A DNA stretch of 64,000 bases. Source: Psammoneis japonica (taxonomy: Eukaryota). The position numbers and the translations under genes were made by a program. The stretch spans positions 1-64,000 of the forward strand of contig QPGO01000194.1 in the NCBI GenBank assembly GCA_008632985.1, written 5' to 3'. This document shows, in pieces, positions 47,157 through 59,319 of the stretch. Numbering within the stretch: the stretch's first letter is position 1; each line of letters starts with the position of its first letter. The notes under the pieces are model-generated. The model did no database searches. It saw nothing but the letters and a program-made list of their open reading frames with translations, and was not told the origin of the DNA.

Positions 47157-50100
47157 TTACAACTCTACGGTATCTTTATCTATTTGCGGCGTACTCGGGC
47201 GACTTCCAGAGGTCGACAGGCTCATTTCATCGTTTTGCGGACGATAGATCTGGCGTGCGACAAACAAGCTGAAGTCTTTCTCATTCCAATATGATGAATG
47301 TGCAGCTAATGCCGCCACGTATTCTGTTGCATTCTCGATCTCTTTCTCCTGAAGCATGTAGTCTATTCTTTGCCCTTGATTTAAACTCCCACAGTTGACA
47401 TAAACCATACGATGGTCTTCGGAACTGATATCTGACACCTCTTCATCGTCGTCAAAGCCGACGTCGGTCGCTGCATCCAAAAGGCCCAGCCCGGCAATCT
47501 GCTGCTCTACAGCATTAATTACATTTTGCTGCGTCTTCCACGTTTCATCAACCATTTTTCGCCACAAAAGCTTTGTCTGGTATTGCACCCTGAACCCTCC
47601 CTTCCAATGCATAATGATTCTCGGGTCAATCTCGGCGTTCTTTGGATCCAGGAGCGGCTCAATTCTGTATGCAACTGGGTCATATGGATGAAATACGTTA
47701 AAGACCCGCCGACAGCCAGACAAGTAGAAGTTCTCACTCAGTGGTTTGTGTTGATTTCGAATCATGAGAAACACTGGGAGAGTGTAAGACGTCACGAAAG
47801 AGATAACCACCAAGCAAAATTGCACAATCAGTTCAACGCTTACCTGGAATCGGTGACCCGAGCATAAATGCATTCTGCACTTCGAATTCAAGTTGAGGGT
47901 ATGCAGTCATCATCCGTCTATAAGTATCGGCTGCTGGAGAAGATACTGCACCCGTAGCTTCGGCATCCGACAATTGCGATAGATTCTCGCCATCATCAGG
48001 CGAGGGCTGCTGAAGGACACTACCACACGATATCGTACTGGCTGAGGAGGGACTTAGAACGCACAACGACGGGGGTTCGTAGGTCTCTGAGACACCTGCA
48101 GCAGGGACTTGGTTTGCTAGAATATCCCATGATATCACAGACCCGAGAGAATGACCAATGAGAGAGATCTTTCCATTAAAGCCGGTCAAAGAACGAAATT
48201 TGGTAACAACCAAGTTCATTTCGCTTGTCACAATATCGATCATCTTGTCGTGGTGTTCAGGAGACATGAAGTACAGAATGTCCAATAGCGTATCGTTGGC
48301 AAATGCACGCATCTGCGGAATCGTCCGGAGAGAGATATCATTCATATTTGCATTCGGTGAGCGCTCATATCTTGTCGACATGTCGGGCGTAGGTTGTCGC
48401 TGGGACTGCAGTGCAAACGCTTCATGCCACTCCACAGGTAAAAATTCAACTCTCCCTCGCATACGTTCTTTCAAGCGCCGAACTTCTTCGGATTGCACAG
48501 CGTGTATGTGGTCATGATTGTTTCTCAGAAACTGACAGCAGTCTACGATAGATGATAACGCCGGCAAGAAACCACCAAAGAAATCAAACGTACGGAGCAT
48601 CTCTCCAATTCCATGAATGATTAGAACCAGATGGTCAACCTCATCCTCCTCGTCGTCTCGAAAAAAAGCCTTCTCTTCGTTTTCTTTCGTCCGAGAGCTA
48701 CACACTGCCAGCGATGTGTCTACATCAATATCTTCGACATTTTCGATCATGACAAGGTTTGATTTTTTCTTGCACTCAGCTTCGACTGATTCATCAAGCT
48801 CGATAGAAGAGAATTTTTCCTCATCATCAACAGGAGATGTCCTTGAGTTCAGTGACGTAGGCTGCGTAGGTTCGATCTCGTCTGTAACACCACGGTACAC
48901 CCGACGTTTGAACAAGGAGACAGCGCTACCAAGCGTCTTTGAAACAGCCGTCACTTGCTTAAGCGAGCGGAATTGGACTAATTGAGTTTCTGCGCCGTTT
49001 GGACTCGGCACTTCGACCGTTAGCAGCTCTCCATGTATTTCACTGCCTTGGCTCTGACTTTGATTTGATAGCCTCCACTTGAGAAACAAATAGGCGTCTT
49101 CTAGCACGGCTGCGCCCTCTTCACTATACGGCTGTAGCCCATGCCGTTGGGTGTCAAGAAACCACACCGCTCTTCGGACGTCGTCCCCTGGTCCATGAAA
49201 TCTCCACAACGTAGGTCTCATTATCATTTTTATTGGCGGAGGCAAAAGTGCTTTGCGCACCGACGCGCTTTCCTCATTCTTAGTTTCTTTACATTTGTTG
49301 CAGTAGCTCCCATAAGTTGGTAGCACAAGCGGCGGTCGCCACTCTTCAAACTCATCGCGACATTCCGAGCAGCAGCACAAATACGACAGTGCGTGCCTCT
49401 TTTGGTCAATGAGAATATCTCGGTCCATTTTGGGTTGATACCATTGTGCAACTGTTGGATATGGAGAAGCACAATACTCCTCAGGTGCTCCTTGTTCCTC
49501 GAGAAGGCATTCGTCATTTCTGCTTGTCTGGTTAGGAGGAATGCTACTGACTCTTTCGCTTTGGGCTCCGGCCAAGAACTCCCAATATCGCTCCTCTAAC
49601 TTATCCCCTTCTGGAAGCTGAACCCACGGCGCGTCTCGGCCAGGACGTTTTCCGTTCTGATATCTAAGTCGGAACCAAAGCGGCTTTACTTTTGAATCGC
49701 GGTTGTGCTCGTGAGTTTCCCATGCATCTCCGGAGTTGGGCAAAAGAAAAGGCGCTTCCGACTCCCGGTAAGTCGGATACCGTGATAGCCACTCGTCATC
49801 TTTTGTCAAGCCCTTACCCCTGTCTCTCAGAAGACCTGTTAACACCAGATCGTGATAGAGGACAGGGTTGTGTGACCGAATATGCGCCGCCAACTCATAT
49901 CTTTGAATTACATCGCCCAACGAAAAATAGCGCTCACAGATATGGTCAATCACTTCCTCTTTATGTATTTTGTCCAACTTTTCGTAAGGTCCCGAACCAA
50001 GGACTTTCCATTGCGTGTGCATCAGAGTTCGGGTAATGTTGGCATCTACAATCTTGGCATATATGTATATCTCTCTTGCTGCCGTCGTCAGAGCCCACTT

Positions 50101-50907
50101 TGTCCCAGTCATTGCAAAATCGACGGATTCTCTTACGGCTGCTTTGGAAGGAATAGGATATTGTGCTACATGCCATGCGGCTACGGCTAAATGCGCGCTC
50201 TTTACCAAAGCCGGTGCTAGGATATTCTCTCCCACAAACGGAACGCTCCGAACAACATCAAGAGACGCGTCAGCGACAACCTTTGCTTGATCCGACTTTA
50301 GAAAGCCCACAGTTTCAACTGTAGCACGTTCAACGCCCCAAAAAGCAGGCAATAATATCCAGTCACGAACTGGTACCAGCAATCCGTGCTCTAAACCATT
50401 GGCGCCCGCCTAAACAGCAGAGAGAGCAAGCGAGAAAGAACAGAGTGTCAGGTGCAGGAAAATCGATATCTATAATCAAGAAAGAGAGAGACTAATTCTA
50501 AAAATGAAACCAGTTCGAAAGAAAAACATACCTTTGCAGCGCCATATAACTGACCGGCAGACTGAGACGAGGCCACAAGCAATCCGCGAAGAGCGTTGTA
50601 TGCGTTCTCCCAGTGATCAACAGCAGTTTGCGCAGCATCAATAGACGCATCATTTGAATCCCAAATCTGCCACAACGATGAAAAACAGAAGAAGCAACAA
50701 ACAGGGTTCAACAAGGAATCAACAGGAAAATAAGGCAGGTTTAGAACGTCGATCACGATTCTGAAAGCTGAAAGGAGCCGATGGAAAACAACAATACCGT
50801 CGCACCTTCCGCTTACTCGCAAGAGCTGCACGTTTAGACACCCTCTGAACTTGCCTCCAACTCTTATTGGGTGGAGGATTTGATTTCGAAGGCGTGACCG
50901 GCGTCAT
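47157..50907 (-). CDS. DDHD-domain intracellular phospholipase A1
   Basis: HLVLIIHGIG, VEFLPVEWH, DTLLDILYF, lipase GHSLG, FMLGSP, FNVFHPYDPVAYRIEP, RIDYMLQ, AHSSYW. 5' exons are approximate. Confidence 0.9.
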
Positions 50908-51437
50908 GGTTTCTGGCGAGAGTCTGAGTGGCTGAGTGACGAAAATGATTGCTAATCATTGCCATGAACAACTGTCGAACTGCATGTTTCCGCGCCATGG
51001 CGGCAGCGGACGCAGCCTCGATGACGCGCGCTTTTTCCCGCCTAAAAGAACTTCCGCCCAAACCCCATAATTTCTGTCTATTGCTCACAATATATTCAAC
51101 GTTGAATATGTTTATTCAATGATCATTCGTGTTTAAAAAGTTTGATGAGTACAGTACAGCATTTGTGAGCTCTACGCACCAATCAGCGTGCTGTACAGCA
51201 TGGTATGAAGTTGGTGCTACCGGTGTCGTATTTTGTGAACAAAACCTGCCAGCCTCGCTTTTGCTGAAGATGCACTTCGACAGATGCATCTTCCCATAGA
51301 AGCTGCGTAAGACCTGGCATTGTCGAGGCAATCCCGTCCGAGCAAGCCTTCGAAACCACAATCACCTGATCCTCTCACAATTCCAAACTTGACCACCTGA
51401 TCAAGCATCGACTTGCGTCTTGCTGCTGTCAATCATC

Positions 51438-52106
51438 ATGCAGTCCTCTTTTCTTCTCTTCACCATGGCGCTCTTTGCCATCGTTGATGGTGCTGTTCCA
51501 TTCCCCATGGAACATGCGCTCTTTGCCTTTGCCGTCTTCATCGCGTTGAAGCAAGCCGTTCAATTTTCGAGTGTCGACGAGATGTGCGTTGCGACTGTCC
51601 GAGTCTTTGAGACCAAGCCATCCAAGATGGTTCCAATCCAGTTTCCCATCGAGCGGTCGAATGACAGAAAGAGAAAGCGATCGAGCACTGCCAGCCATTC
51701 TGACGACGTTGAAGACTCTTCTCGTGAAACGAAAGTGCCGAAAACCGCCATGACCACTTGCAAACACAACATCCGCAAAGTCCACAAGAGCAAACGTTCA
51801 AAGGACAAGGAACGTGACTCTCCCTTCGATCGCCAAAAGACACAAGCGTTGGCACGTAAAAATCTCATCAATGCCCGTCGCTTTGGCACAAACAAAAAGC
51901 CCGCTGCTCAGAAGAAGCTCCGTCAGCATCGACCGGCCGAAGATGTTCCGTTTTTTCTCCGCATGCATCAGGAAGTGCAAGCCGCCAAACGAAAGGAAAG
52001 GGTCCAGGCTCATCATCATCGGGCAAAATCCGCATCGTTGTTGGGAAGCAATCAAGGGAAGAACTCCACTTTGCAACATGATGAGGAGGCATCTCTGATG
52101 CCTTGA
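51438..52106 (+). CDS. Unknown Tyr-free ORF (hydrophobic N-terminus, basic C-terminus) inside a TpA-free island; possibly a mutated repeat-derived gene
   Basis: ORF of 222 aa from ATG 51438 with no Tyr. One TA in 51310-52168. Confidence 0.45.
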   Translation: MQSSFLLFTMALFAIVDGAVPFPMEHALFAFAVFIALKQAVQFSSVDEMCVATVRVFETKPSKMVPIQFPIERSNDRKRKRSSTASHSDDVEDSSRETKVPKTAMTTCKHNIRKVHKSKRSKDKERDSPFDRQKTQALARKNLINARRFGTNKKPAAQKKLRQHRPAEDVPFFLRMHQEVQAAKRKERVQAHHHRAKSASLLGSNQGKNSTLQHDEEASLMP

Positions 52107-52812
52107 TTCACTGTGGTGAGGGAACCAACTGGAGCTGTCCAGTCGGTCGTGACCAACTCACCAAATCATAGAATTCACTCTCGATTGTTACAAGTAAAAT
52201 CCAGACAAGTGCCAAGCAATTTAGAACAGAAAAAAGAAATGCATGGAGCAATCCCACTCAACATCAAATCTGCTATTCGTTTTTTTAGACTCCGCTAGAG
52301 AGAGCGACTTTGTAGCATGTACGCGGGGTACCGGCATGTTTGTTTCAACTCGTGTTTGATAGATCCATCTTCCGTCATGTAAATGTTCTTTCTTGCCTTT
52401 TCATTTGCACGGTAGTCACCAACATTGGTCAACTAGTAATTACTGCCAAGATCTTTCGTGTGCTCCATTAGTTGACTTCTAGCTTGAAAGCTATCCAATG
52501 GTTATAGGCAATCCGATTAGGCCGACGTGTCATCGGCCACGGTTCGAGACATTCTACAAGAGCAACGCTTTAAAAATACAAACGAGACAAATCTTTATCG
52601 TTATTGAAACTACATCTCGGATCCAATTCGGTGTCACCTCTCTGAATACAATGTTGTTTCCTACCAAGGCGATGTTGCGTAAACAGTACAAGTACGTAGC
52701 GCCTTCTTAGAGCAGAGTACGTAGGTCATGCAACCTCTGCACTCATTTCGGGTAATACTTGTACAAAAGTTTGACAACTTGATTTGATTGCTGCTGGGCT
52801 GTATTCAATTTC

Positions 52813-54183
52813 TTAGCTTACCTCCGATCGATTGTGTGGCTCCTGAAGCAACTTGATAAAGTCAGGTCCACGAGGAATAATTGACCAGCGGTTTAAATCC
52901 GGATGAGAGGCAAAATAGTGCATCTTGATTTGATCCATATTGACCGTGTCCGCAACTCCTGGTGTCTGGTAGATCTCTCGCATGTAGTTGAGAATTGCCG
53001 GAGTCGAGGCAACGCTGCGGGTGTTGGTTTTAAAGTAGACAATGTAAACTTCATCAAATCGAAGTAACGTCACAAACAAACGAATGTCGGCTTCCGTCAT
53101 TTTGTCACCGGCAATGAATCGTTGTTTCTGAAGGATAGAGTCAATTCGATCAAATGAATCCGTTAACTGCTCAATCGCCTCGTCGTAAGCCTGCTGCGAA
53201 GTTGCAAAGCCGCAACGGTAAACGCCATTGTTGATAGTCGGATAGATCCAATCATTGACACTATCAATTGCCGTCTGCAACTCCTCAGGGTAGAAGTCAA
53301 CGTCCGGATTCTTTGCAAAATCGTTGAATTCCGAGTTGAGCATACGTATGATTTCCGAGGATTCGTTGCTGACAATAGTATTCCGCTTGGTATCCCACAG
53401 GATGGGGACCGTGTACTTGCCATCTGTATCCTTAGCTTCTTCATACAAATCTCTCACACTGAAGGAACCAAAAAGAGGATCTGGGTCGTTGCCCGGGAGA
53501 GCCGCGGGGAAAGGCCCGCCCAAACCAATAGTGTTATGAAATTCTTCTCCGTCAGGATTACCAAACACCCACCCACGGTGTTCGTCACTTTCGTCGTCGG
53601 GCCTTGTCTTGCGCCAAACAGGGTGCATCACAGTGACAGAAATGCTGTCTTCCAGCCCCTTTAGAGCCCGCATCAGCAAAGTCCGATGAGCCCATGGGCA
53701 TGCATAGGCAACATACAAATGGTAGCGATTCTTTTCTGGAGGGAATGGAGCTCCTTTTTCTGTCATAATTCAGTCACACAGCACAAAAGAGAAACGTAAG
53801 AAGTAGCTTCTAGAGAGTCAAAGTAACCTCTGTAGCCCTACAGATGCACACTCACCTCTGCTGATCCAGTTCCGCCAAGACGCCTCCCGTCTCTTGAACG
53901 CGCCGTCTTGTGATACCTCGTCCAAAGCAGTGCGTGCCATCTCGAGCTTGCTGTCCGAGTGAAAGTATGCACCGCCACGAGGCAAGCTAACAGCCGAGTT
54001 CCTAGTACTCAAGGAGGAGGCTCCCTCATTCTTTGGTAACGTATTTTCAAAGGCATGCGAGAAACCAAGGGCTGAGGACGACAACGCATGGGCGTTCATT
54101 CGTCTCCTAATCGGCGAGAATGCTGTTACGGAGTTTATAGAGCGCAACAACATAGCGATACCGGTAGTGAACAGAAAATTCAT
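52813..54183 (-). CDS. Glutathionyl-hydroquinone reductase (Xi-class GST, ECM4/YqjG family), probably plastid-targeted
   Basis: RYHLYVAYACPWAHR, TVPILWD, NESSEI, NNGVYRCGFA, HYFASH. Presequence ...SVTA-FSP. One intron ~53762-53854. Confidence 0.93.
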
Positions 54184-54609
54184 AGGCCACACTGTGAAAC
54201 AATAGCAGTGATTCAATTGTGAGCTTGATGTGCTTTTTCTGATGTCGCCATCGCATCATCCATCATGCCCATCGCCGCACCTCGCCGTGTCGGAGGGATT
54301 GCTGGAACGGTGACGAATGCGAAAGAACGCCATGATGTACCGGCACGTACATTATTTGTACGTTCTAACTTAATTCTCTTTAACCAGAGCTGTAGAAATG
54401 ACATTGGTAAATAATAATGTTGTACTGTAATACAAGCATATATTTCCATAGGTTTGAATATACATTTTATGCGGACAACTGTACTACCGGTATCTTGAAC
54501 CTGCACTTTTCATGTTCGTTGATGAGTGGCCATGACCGCTCTCACGTGACAGTACATAACACTACACTCGTCCACTTCAACGGGGAGGCATTACATCCGA
54601 GAAGTAACA

Positions 54610-57591
54610 ATGGCTGAAGTTGCGGAGCCTGTAAAAATCCACCCTGCACGAAACGTGGTACTGGAAGGCTGGTTGTTGAAACGCAGCAATCATAAACGAG
54701 GATGGAACAATCGGTACTTTGTTCTGGAGGAAAATGAACTTACGTACTTTGAAAAGAGCGAAGATACCAAGCCCAAAGGGACGTTTTCTCTCGCTCAACC
54801 TGGGTGCAAAGTGAGTGACATATACCTTCATGAGAGACAAAAGGATAAATCGATAATCTATTGCATCAAAATCTCGTGGTGGTCTGAAAAGCGAGCAAAA
54901 TCAGACCTCAAGTCAGGCGCTTCCAATGCCGAAGAGAGCCTTCAAGTTGACCCTACAACGCCTCAGAGATCAGCCACGACATCTAGAGGACGTGATAAGG
55001 CCAGAAATACCGATAGCAAGAAGACTCATGTTCGGTCACCTTCTGAACCACGAAGTGCCAGTGGCTGGCCTGCAGAGGCTCCCCCAGATATGTCGTTGTC
55101 TGACTCGCTACCTTCGGAGCTTCTGGCTCACTACTCATTGACCGAAATTCATAGCGAAAACCGACAGATTTCGCCTACAGCTGGGACGTCCATGCCAAAA
55201 CCAGCAGCCGTATCGCAACGGGCTATCAGCTTACCACCCCGTCCTCTTGCGTCTCGTTCTCGTTCGGTGACTCCCCAGTCAACATCTCGTTTGTTGCCTC
55301 GAACGCCCTCATCTGATACGGCTGTGGAGAGTGCTGCTCCTGACCAATCCTTTTCTCAGCCACGACCCCGGACGACATCAAGTGAACAAGAACAGCTTAT
55401 CATGCAGTCCGAGTACATGGCCAACAAAAAGGCGAGTCAGAAAAAGAAGAGGAAGAAAATGGTAAAGGGTGGTAAGATTGCCGCCGCTGCGGGAGCCGCC
55501 GTTGGTATTGGCGTGGTGACTGCTGGTGTTGGACTTGTTGCTGGCTTGATGGCTCTGGGAGCTGGAGCAGCGGCTGGAGGTACCGGTGTTGCGGCAGAGC
55601 ATCAAATGAAGCGCAAAAAAGATAAAGGATGGATTGTTGCGTCGACTGACTACGAAGATATTAAGCGCTGGAGAGCCATTCTGGAAGCATGTATCGCGGC
55701 CGAAACTGTCACAGATAGCACCTGGGGACAGATGTTTGCCATGGAGGGGAGAAATACCACCACCATTATGCTGCCTACCACCCCTAGAATCGCAACCGCG
55801 TTGAGTTCAGACGCGGCTGCCCCAGGTGAAGAGAAGCGAAGGAATTACCGGTTGGTTGAGGTACCAAACAAACACAAGAAGCCCACCTATTCATATTGGC
55901 GACCATTGGAAGGTGGCTGGGCGGCCTTGTTGGGTGCGGGTGTACAAGGGCTTCGAATCTTGAGGGAAGAAAGAGAGCAGGAATCCCTCGCTCTGACGAA
56001 GCGACTTCAGGGAGTGCTCTCGTTCGAGAGCGCTCAGTGCCCTCCAATGAAGGCGCAGGTGATTTTGAACTCGTCTCCTTTGAATGCATTCATGTGCCTT
56101 ATGTCCCTCAATCGGGTCCCTTCATCCACTGAGTTTGAAACGCCGCTATCTGGGCAGCGGGCTTCATTTCAGATCATTGATTCCATTGACGAACATATGG
56201 ATGTCATTCACGTCATGTTTCGTCCTCTTTTTCTCTTTCCTTCCTGGACTGCGCCTCGTGACTTTGTCCTTTTCCGATACTGGCGGTTGCAGGACGACGG
56301 TACATACCTTGTTTGCTATGACTCTGTAGAGCACCGAGAGTGTTCGCCCAGACCTGGTTACGTCCGTGGCGAAATGCATGCTGTTTATACCATTTCGCCT
56401 CGGAAAGAGGCTGCGAAGAAAAACAAAGGAACTACGCAAGCATCAAATGCTGAAACACCTCAGTGTTTGATGACTGCGGTAGTGCAGGTCGAGCCACGTG
56501 GTTGGGTTCCAACCTCCCCGCTCCCTCCGTTGGGAAACCAAGGATACGCTGATGCATTTTCGATATCTACGCTGCTCCAAATATTGGACATTAAGGATGC
56601 GCTTGATCATGACCGGTTCGTCTCAATGGGCATGCGCCACCCGCTATTTTCGGAAAAATTTCCCCTTCCTTTCTCTTCGAAAACACCACGAAGAAAAGCA
56701 GACAGCCCAAGCGGCGAATCTGTCCTCGGGCCCGTTGGTTCCTTCGAAGACCCAGACTACGACTTTGCATATGCTGAGAGGGAATCGATTGCCACAAGCC
56801 CTAAAACTGATGGTGGTGTGGGAATTATGTCGAGTCCGCCACCTCTGACGAAAGAACGCTGGGCCCAACCAGACGCCAATTCGTTTCGTGTCAGAGGCAA
56901 ATCGTATATCAAAGATGGCAAGAAAATTAATGCGGGTTCGTCCTTGGGGCGTCTCATTGCTGTAGATGTTGTTCAGGTGGCAAAGAATTTCTTCTCCGGT
57001 TTTTGCGCACACCCAGAGGAACGGATGCAGCGTGCTCTTGCGAGAGATCGCGAGCGCATTGAGGAGGGTCTCCCGAGCGAAATGCCCACCTTCATTTTCT
57101 GTGTCAACGTCTGTCTACCCGGTCCACCCTGTTACCATGGTGTTTTCTACTATGCAATTGATGATATGTCTACTATTGATGGCAGTAACGGAACGCCGGA
57201 ATCGAAGCTTGCAAACGAGTTTATCTTTGGCACGGACGATAAAATGCGCGACAAGACGTTCAAGTTGATTCCCCAGATTGTTGAAGGCAACTTTCTAGTG
57301 AAGAAAGCAGTTGGTAATACCCCGGCAATTATGGGCGACAAGCTCCGTCAGCTTTACGTCCGCGGAGATAATTATTTTGAAGTGGTCTTGGACTGCGGAT
57401 CGAGCGCGGTTGCCGCTGGAGTCATTCGTCTTGCGCTTGGATATGCCAAGACTATGGTTATTGACATGGGATTCGTTCTCGAGGGCTATGATGAGGAGAC
57501 GCTGCCGGAAAAGATTATGGGGTGCACGAGGATCAAGAATTTAGAGTTTGGACCGCATCTGCGGTTTGTTTCCCCCCCAACCGACTCGTGA
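54610..57591 (+). CDS. EDR2-like lipid-binding protein (PH + START + EDR2 C-terminal/DUF1336)
   Basis: PH EGWLLKR...WNNRYFVL; START PRDFVLFRYW...YVRG...QVEPRGW; C-terminal FRVRGKSY, FKLIPQIVEG, ETLPEKIMG. Confidence 0.9.
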   Translation: MAEVAEPVKIHPARNVVLEGWLLKRSNHKRGWNNRYFVLEENELTYFEKSEDTKPKGTFSLAQPGCKVSDIYLHERQKDKSIIYCIKISWWSEKRAKSDLKSGASNAEESLQVDPTTPQRSATTSRGRDKARNTDSKKTHVRSPSEPRSASGWPAEAPPDMSLSDSLPSELLAHYSLTEIHSENRQISPTAGTSMPKPAAVSQRAISLPPRPLASRSRSVTPQSTSRLLPRTPSSDTAVESAAPDQSFSQPRPRTTSSEQEQLIMQSEYMANKKASQKKKRKKMVKGGKIAAAAGAAVGIGVVTAGVGLVAGLMALGAGAAAGGTGVAAEHQMKRKKDKGWIVASTDYEDIKRWRAILEACIAAETVTDSTWGQMFAMEGRNTTTIMLPTTPRIATALSSDAAAPGEEKRRNYRLVEVPNKHKKPTYSYWRPLEGGWAALLGAGVQGLRILREEREQESLALTKRLQGVLSFESAQCPPMKAQVILNSSPLNAFMCLMSLNRVPSSTEFETPLSGQRASFQIIDSIDEHMDVIHVMFRPLFLFPSWTAPRDFVLFRYWRLQDDGTYLVCYDSVEHRECSPRPGYVRGEMHAVYTISPRKEAAKKNKGTTQASNAETPQCLMTAVVQVEPRGWVPTSPLPPLGNQGYADAFSISTLLQILDIKDALDHDRFVSMGMRHPLFSEKFPLPFSSKTPRRKADSPSGESVLGPVGSFEDPDYDFAYAERESIATSPKTDGGVGIMSSPPPLTKERWAQPDANSFRVRGKSYIKDGKKINAGSSLGRLIAVDVVQVAKNFFSGFCAHPEERMQRALARDRERIEEGLPSEMPTFIFCVNVCLPGPPCYHGVFYYAIDDMSTIDGSNGTPESKLANEFIFGTDDKMRDKTFKLIPQIVEGNFLVKKAVGNTPAIMGDKLRQLYVRGDNYFEVVLDCGSSAVAAGVIRLALGYAKTMVIDMGFVLEGYDEETLPEKIMGCTRIKNLEFGPHLRFVSPPTDS

Positions 57592-57653
57592 TCTCAGTAC
57601 GTGAGATTTCGTGTATGGGGACATCCCGAATAAATTTAGCATGGCTAAAACCT

Positions 57654-57960
57654 NNNNNNNNNNNNNNNNNNNNNNNNNNNNNNNNNNNNNNNNNNNNNNN
57701 NNNNNNNNNNNGATAATTATTTTGAAGTGGTCTTGGACTGCGGATCGAGCGCGGTTGCCGCTGGAGTCATTCGTCTTGCGCTTGGATATGCCAAGACTAT
57801 GGTTATTGACATGGGATTCGTTCTCGAGGGCTATGATGAGGAGACGCTGCCGGAAAAGATTATGGGGTGCACGAGGATCAAGAATTTAGAGTTTGGACCG
57901 CATCTGCGGTTTGTTTCCCCCCCAACCGACTCGTGATCTCAGTACGTGAGATTTCGTGTA
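57654..57960. other. Scaffold gap (N run 57654-57711) followed by an exact copy of 57367-57615
   Basis: Apparently identical ~250 bp on both sides of the gap, typical of unmerged contig overlap. Confidence 0.9.
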
Positions 57961-58132
57961 GATAGACAAAGACCGCTTAAAGTTTGATATTTTATATTGT
58001 GCTAAAACAATTCCATGGCTGCTAAAATTTCGTACATGCATCGTGGTCTCGGAAATGAATAACAAGAGCAACATTAGGGCATTACAAACCGGTTTCGGTG
58101 CGACGATGCATTTGTAAACAATCTGAATGTAG

Positions 58133-58947
58133 CTAGTATCGATACTTTGTAGAATAGTCTTTGGGTGACACCACTAATCCACGACCCTTTCTTGCTCCTC
58201 TGTAGACAATCTGTAAACAAGATCAAAATGGAAAAGCAAAACAAGAAGTGAGCAAGACTTCCGTGTACGGTACCGCCTGGCAAAAGCACGCATGACGCAG
58301 GACGACAACGAGCCTCAGGAAGACCCAAAGCCCAGTTTCTATTGACGCACCTCGATAATATCAATCAGCTCCTGTTTATCAGTCAACGCCCAGGATATTT
58401 TGTTGTTGTTTCCTGTTCCCAAATCCACCATAATGTGCCTTTAACGTGCGGAAGGAAAAGTCAGTAAAGGAAAGGTGAGATCGCTGAATAAAAAGGGGAA
58501 AGTGACTATACAATATGAGCTACAATATTACTCACTTGTTGCGGTAGAAAAACATCGTCGTGCAAGGGTCATACAGCTCATACATGCCGTTGAAATCTGG
58601 CACTTCGTCGATATCAACCAAGTATATAACCGCAAAGTTCTTTACTTTTTCTGCCACATTCTGAAGATGAAAGCGGTTTAACACAGCAACAAAAAATGAG
58701 TTCGATGGGACAACAAACAATGGAAATGCCGGGACAACTAAAGCAGCAGAAGCGTCGGGTCAGCAGCAGCAGCAGCAGACGCAATCGCAAGTCCAGCTGA
58801 GTCACGTACCATCAGAACTTCGTCTTGCACCATGCACGTTTCATCTTGATCCCGTCCAAACCGAATAACAACAACCCTATCCTCCTCTGTGAGAATCGCT
58901 TGGTCAACCTCCCAACCCGAATGAAGATGCGGTAGTAGGTACGCCAT
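58133..58947 (-). CDS. DIM1: U5 snRNP protein Dim1 (thioredoxin-like 4A)
   Basis: Four exons: MAYLLPHLHSGWEVDQAI..., VKNFAVIYLVDIDEVPDFN...FFYRNK, HIMVDLGTGNNNKI, VYRGARKGRGLVVSPKDYSTKYRY*. Confidence 0.96.
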
Positions 58948-59319
58948 TGCTCTTCGAAAGTAGTGCTGTAACTTCAGTCTCTCCTCCGTCGTCGCGTTGT
59001 CGTGTGTTGAATGTTTCTGAGAATTTTCCGTTGAGGATTGTAATTTTAGTTTCTCATTTATGTACATCTTTTAATCTTCTTTTTGCCTTTTCTACGTCAT
59101 CTTTAGTAATCGTTTACGTGGAACCTTTCAAACGTGCGTGCGCAAGACGACGCGCGGAAGTGTGACTTGCACCTCCGCCCTGCCTGCGCGCTGCATGCCC
59201 TGCTGCTCCTCTCGGCGGCAGGCATTTTCAATGCTGTACACGTAGAGGCCATGGTGCGAATGGCGTTGTCTTGGCAGTATCAACACTCTTGTTCGAGGCA
59301 GCTTTAACGATAGGCAATA

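Noticed and set aside
57367..57960. Tandem duplication of the EDR2-like 3' end
   Set aside because: Apparently identical copies flanking an N gap indicate contig overlap.
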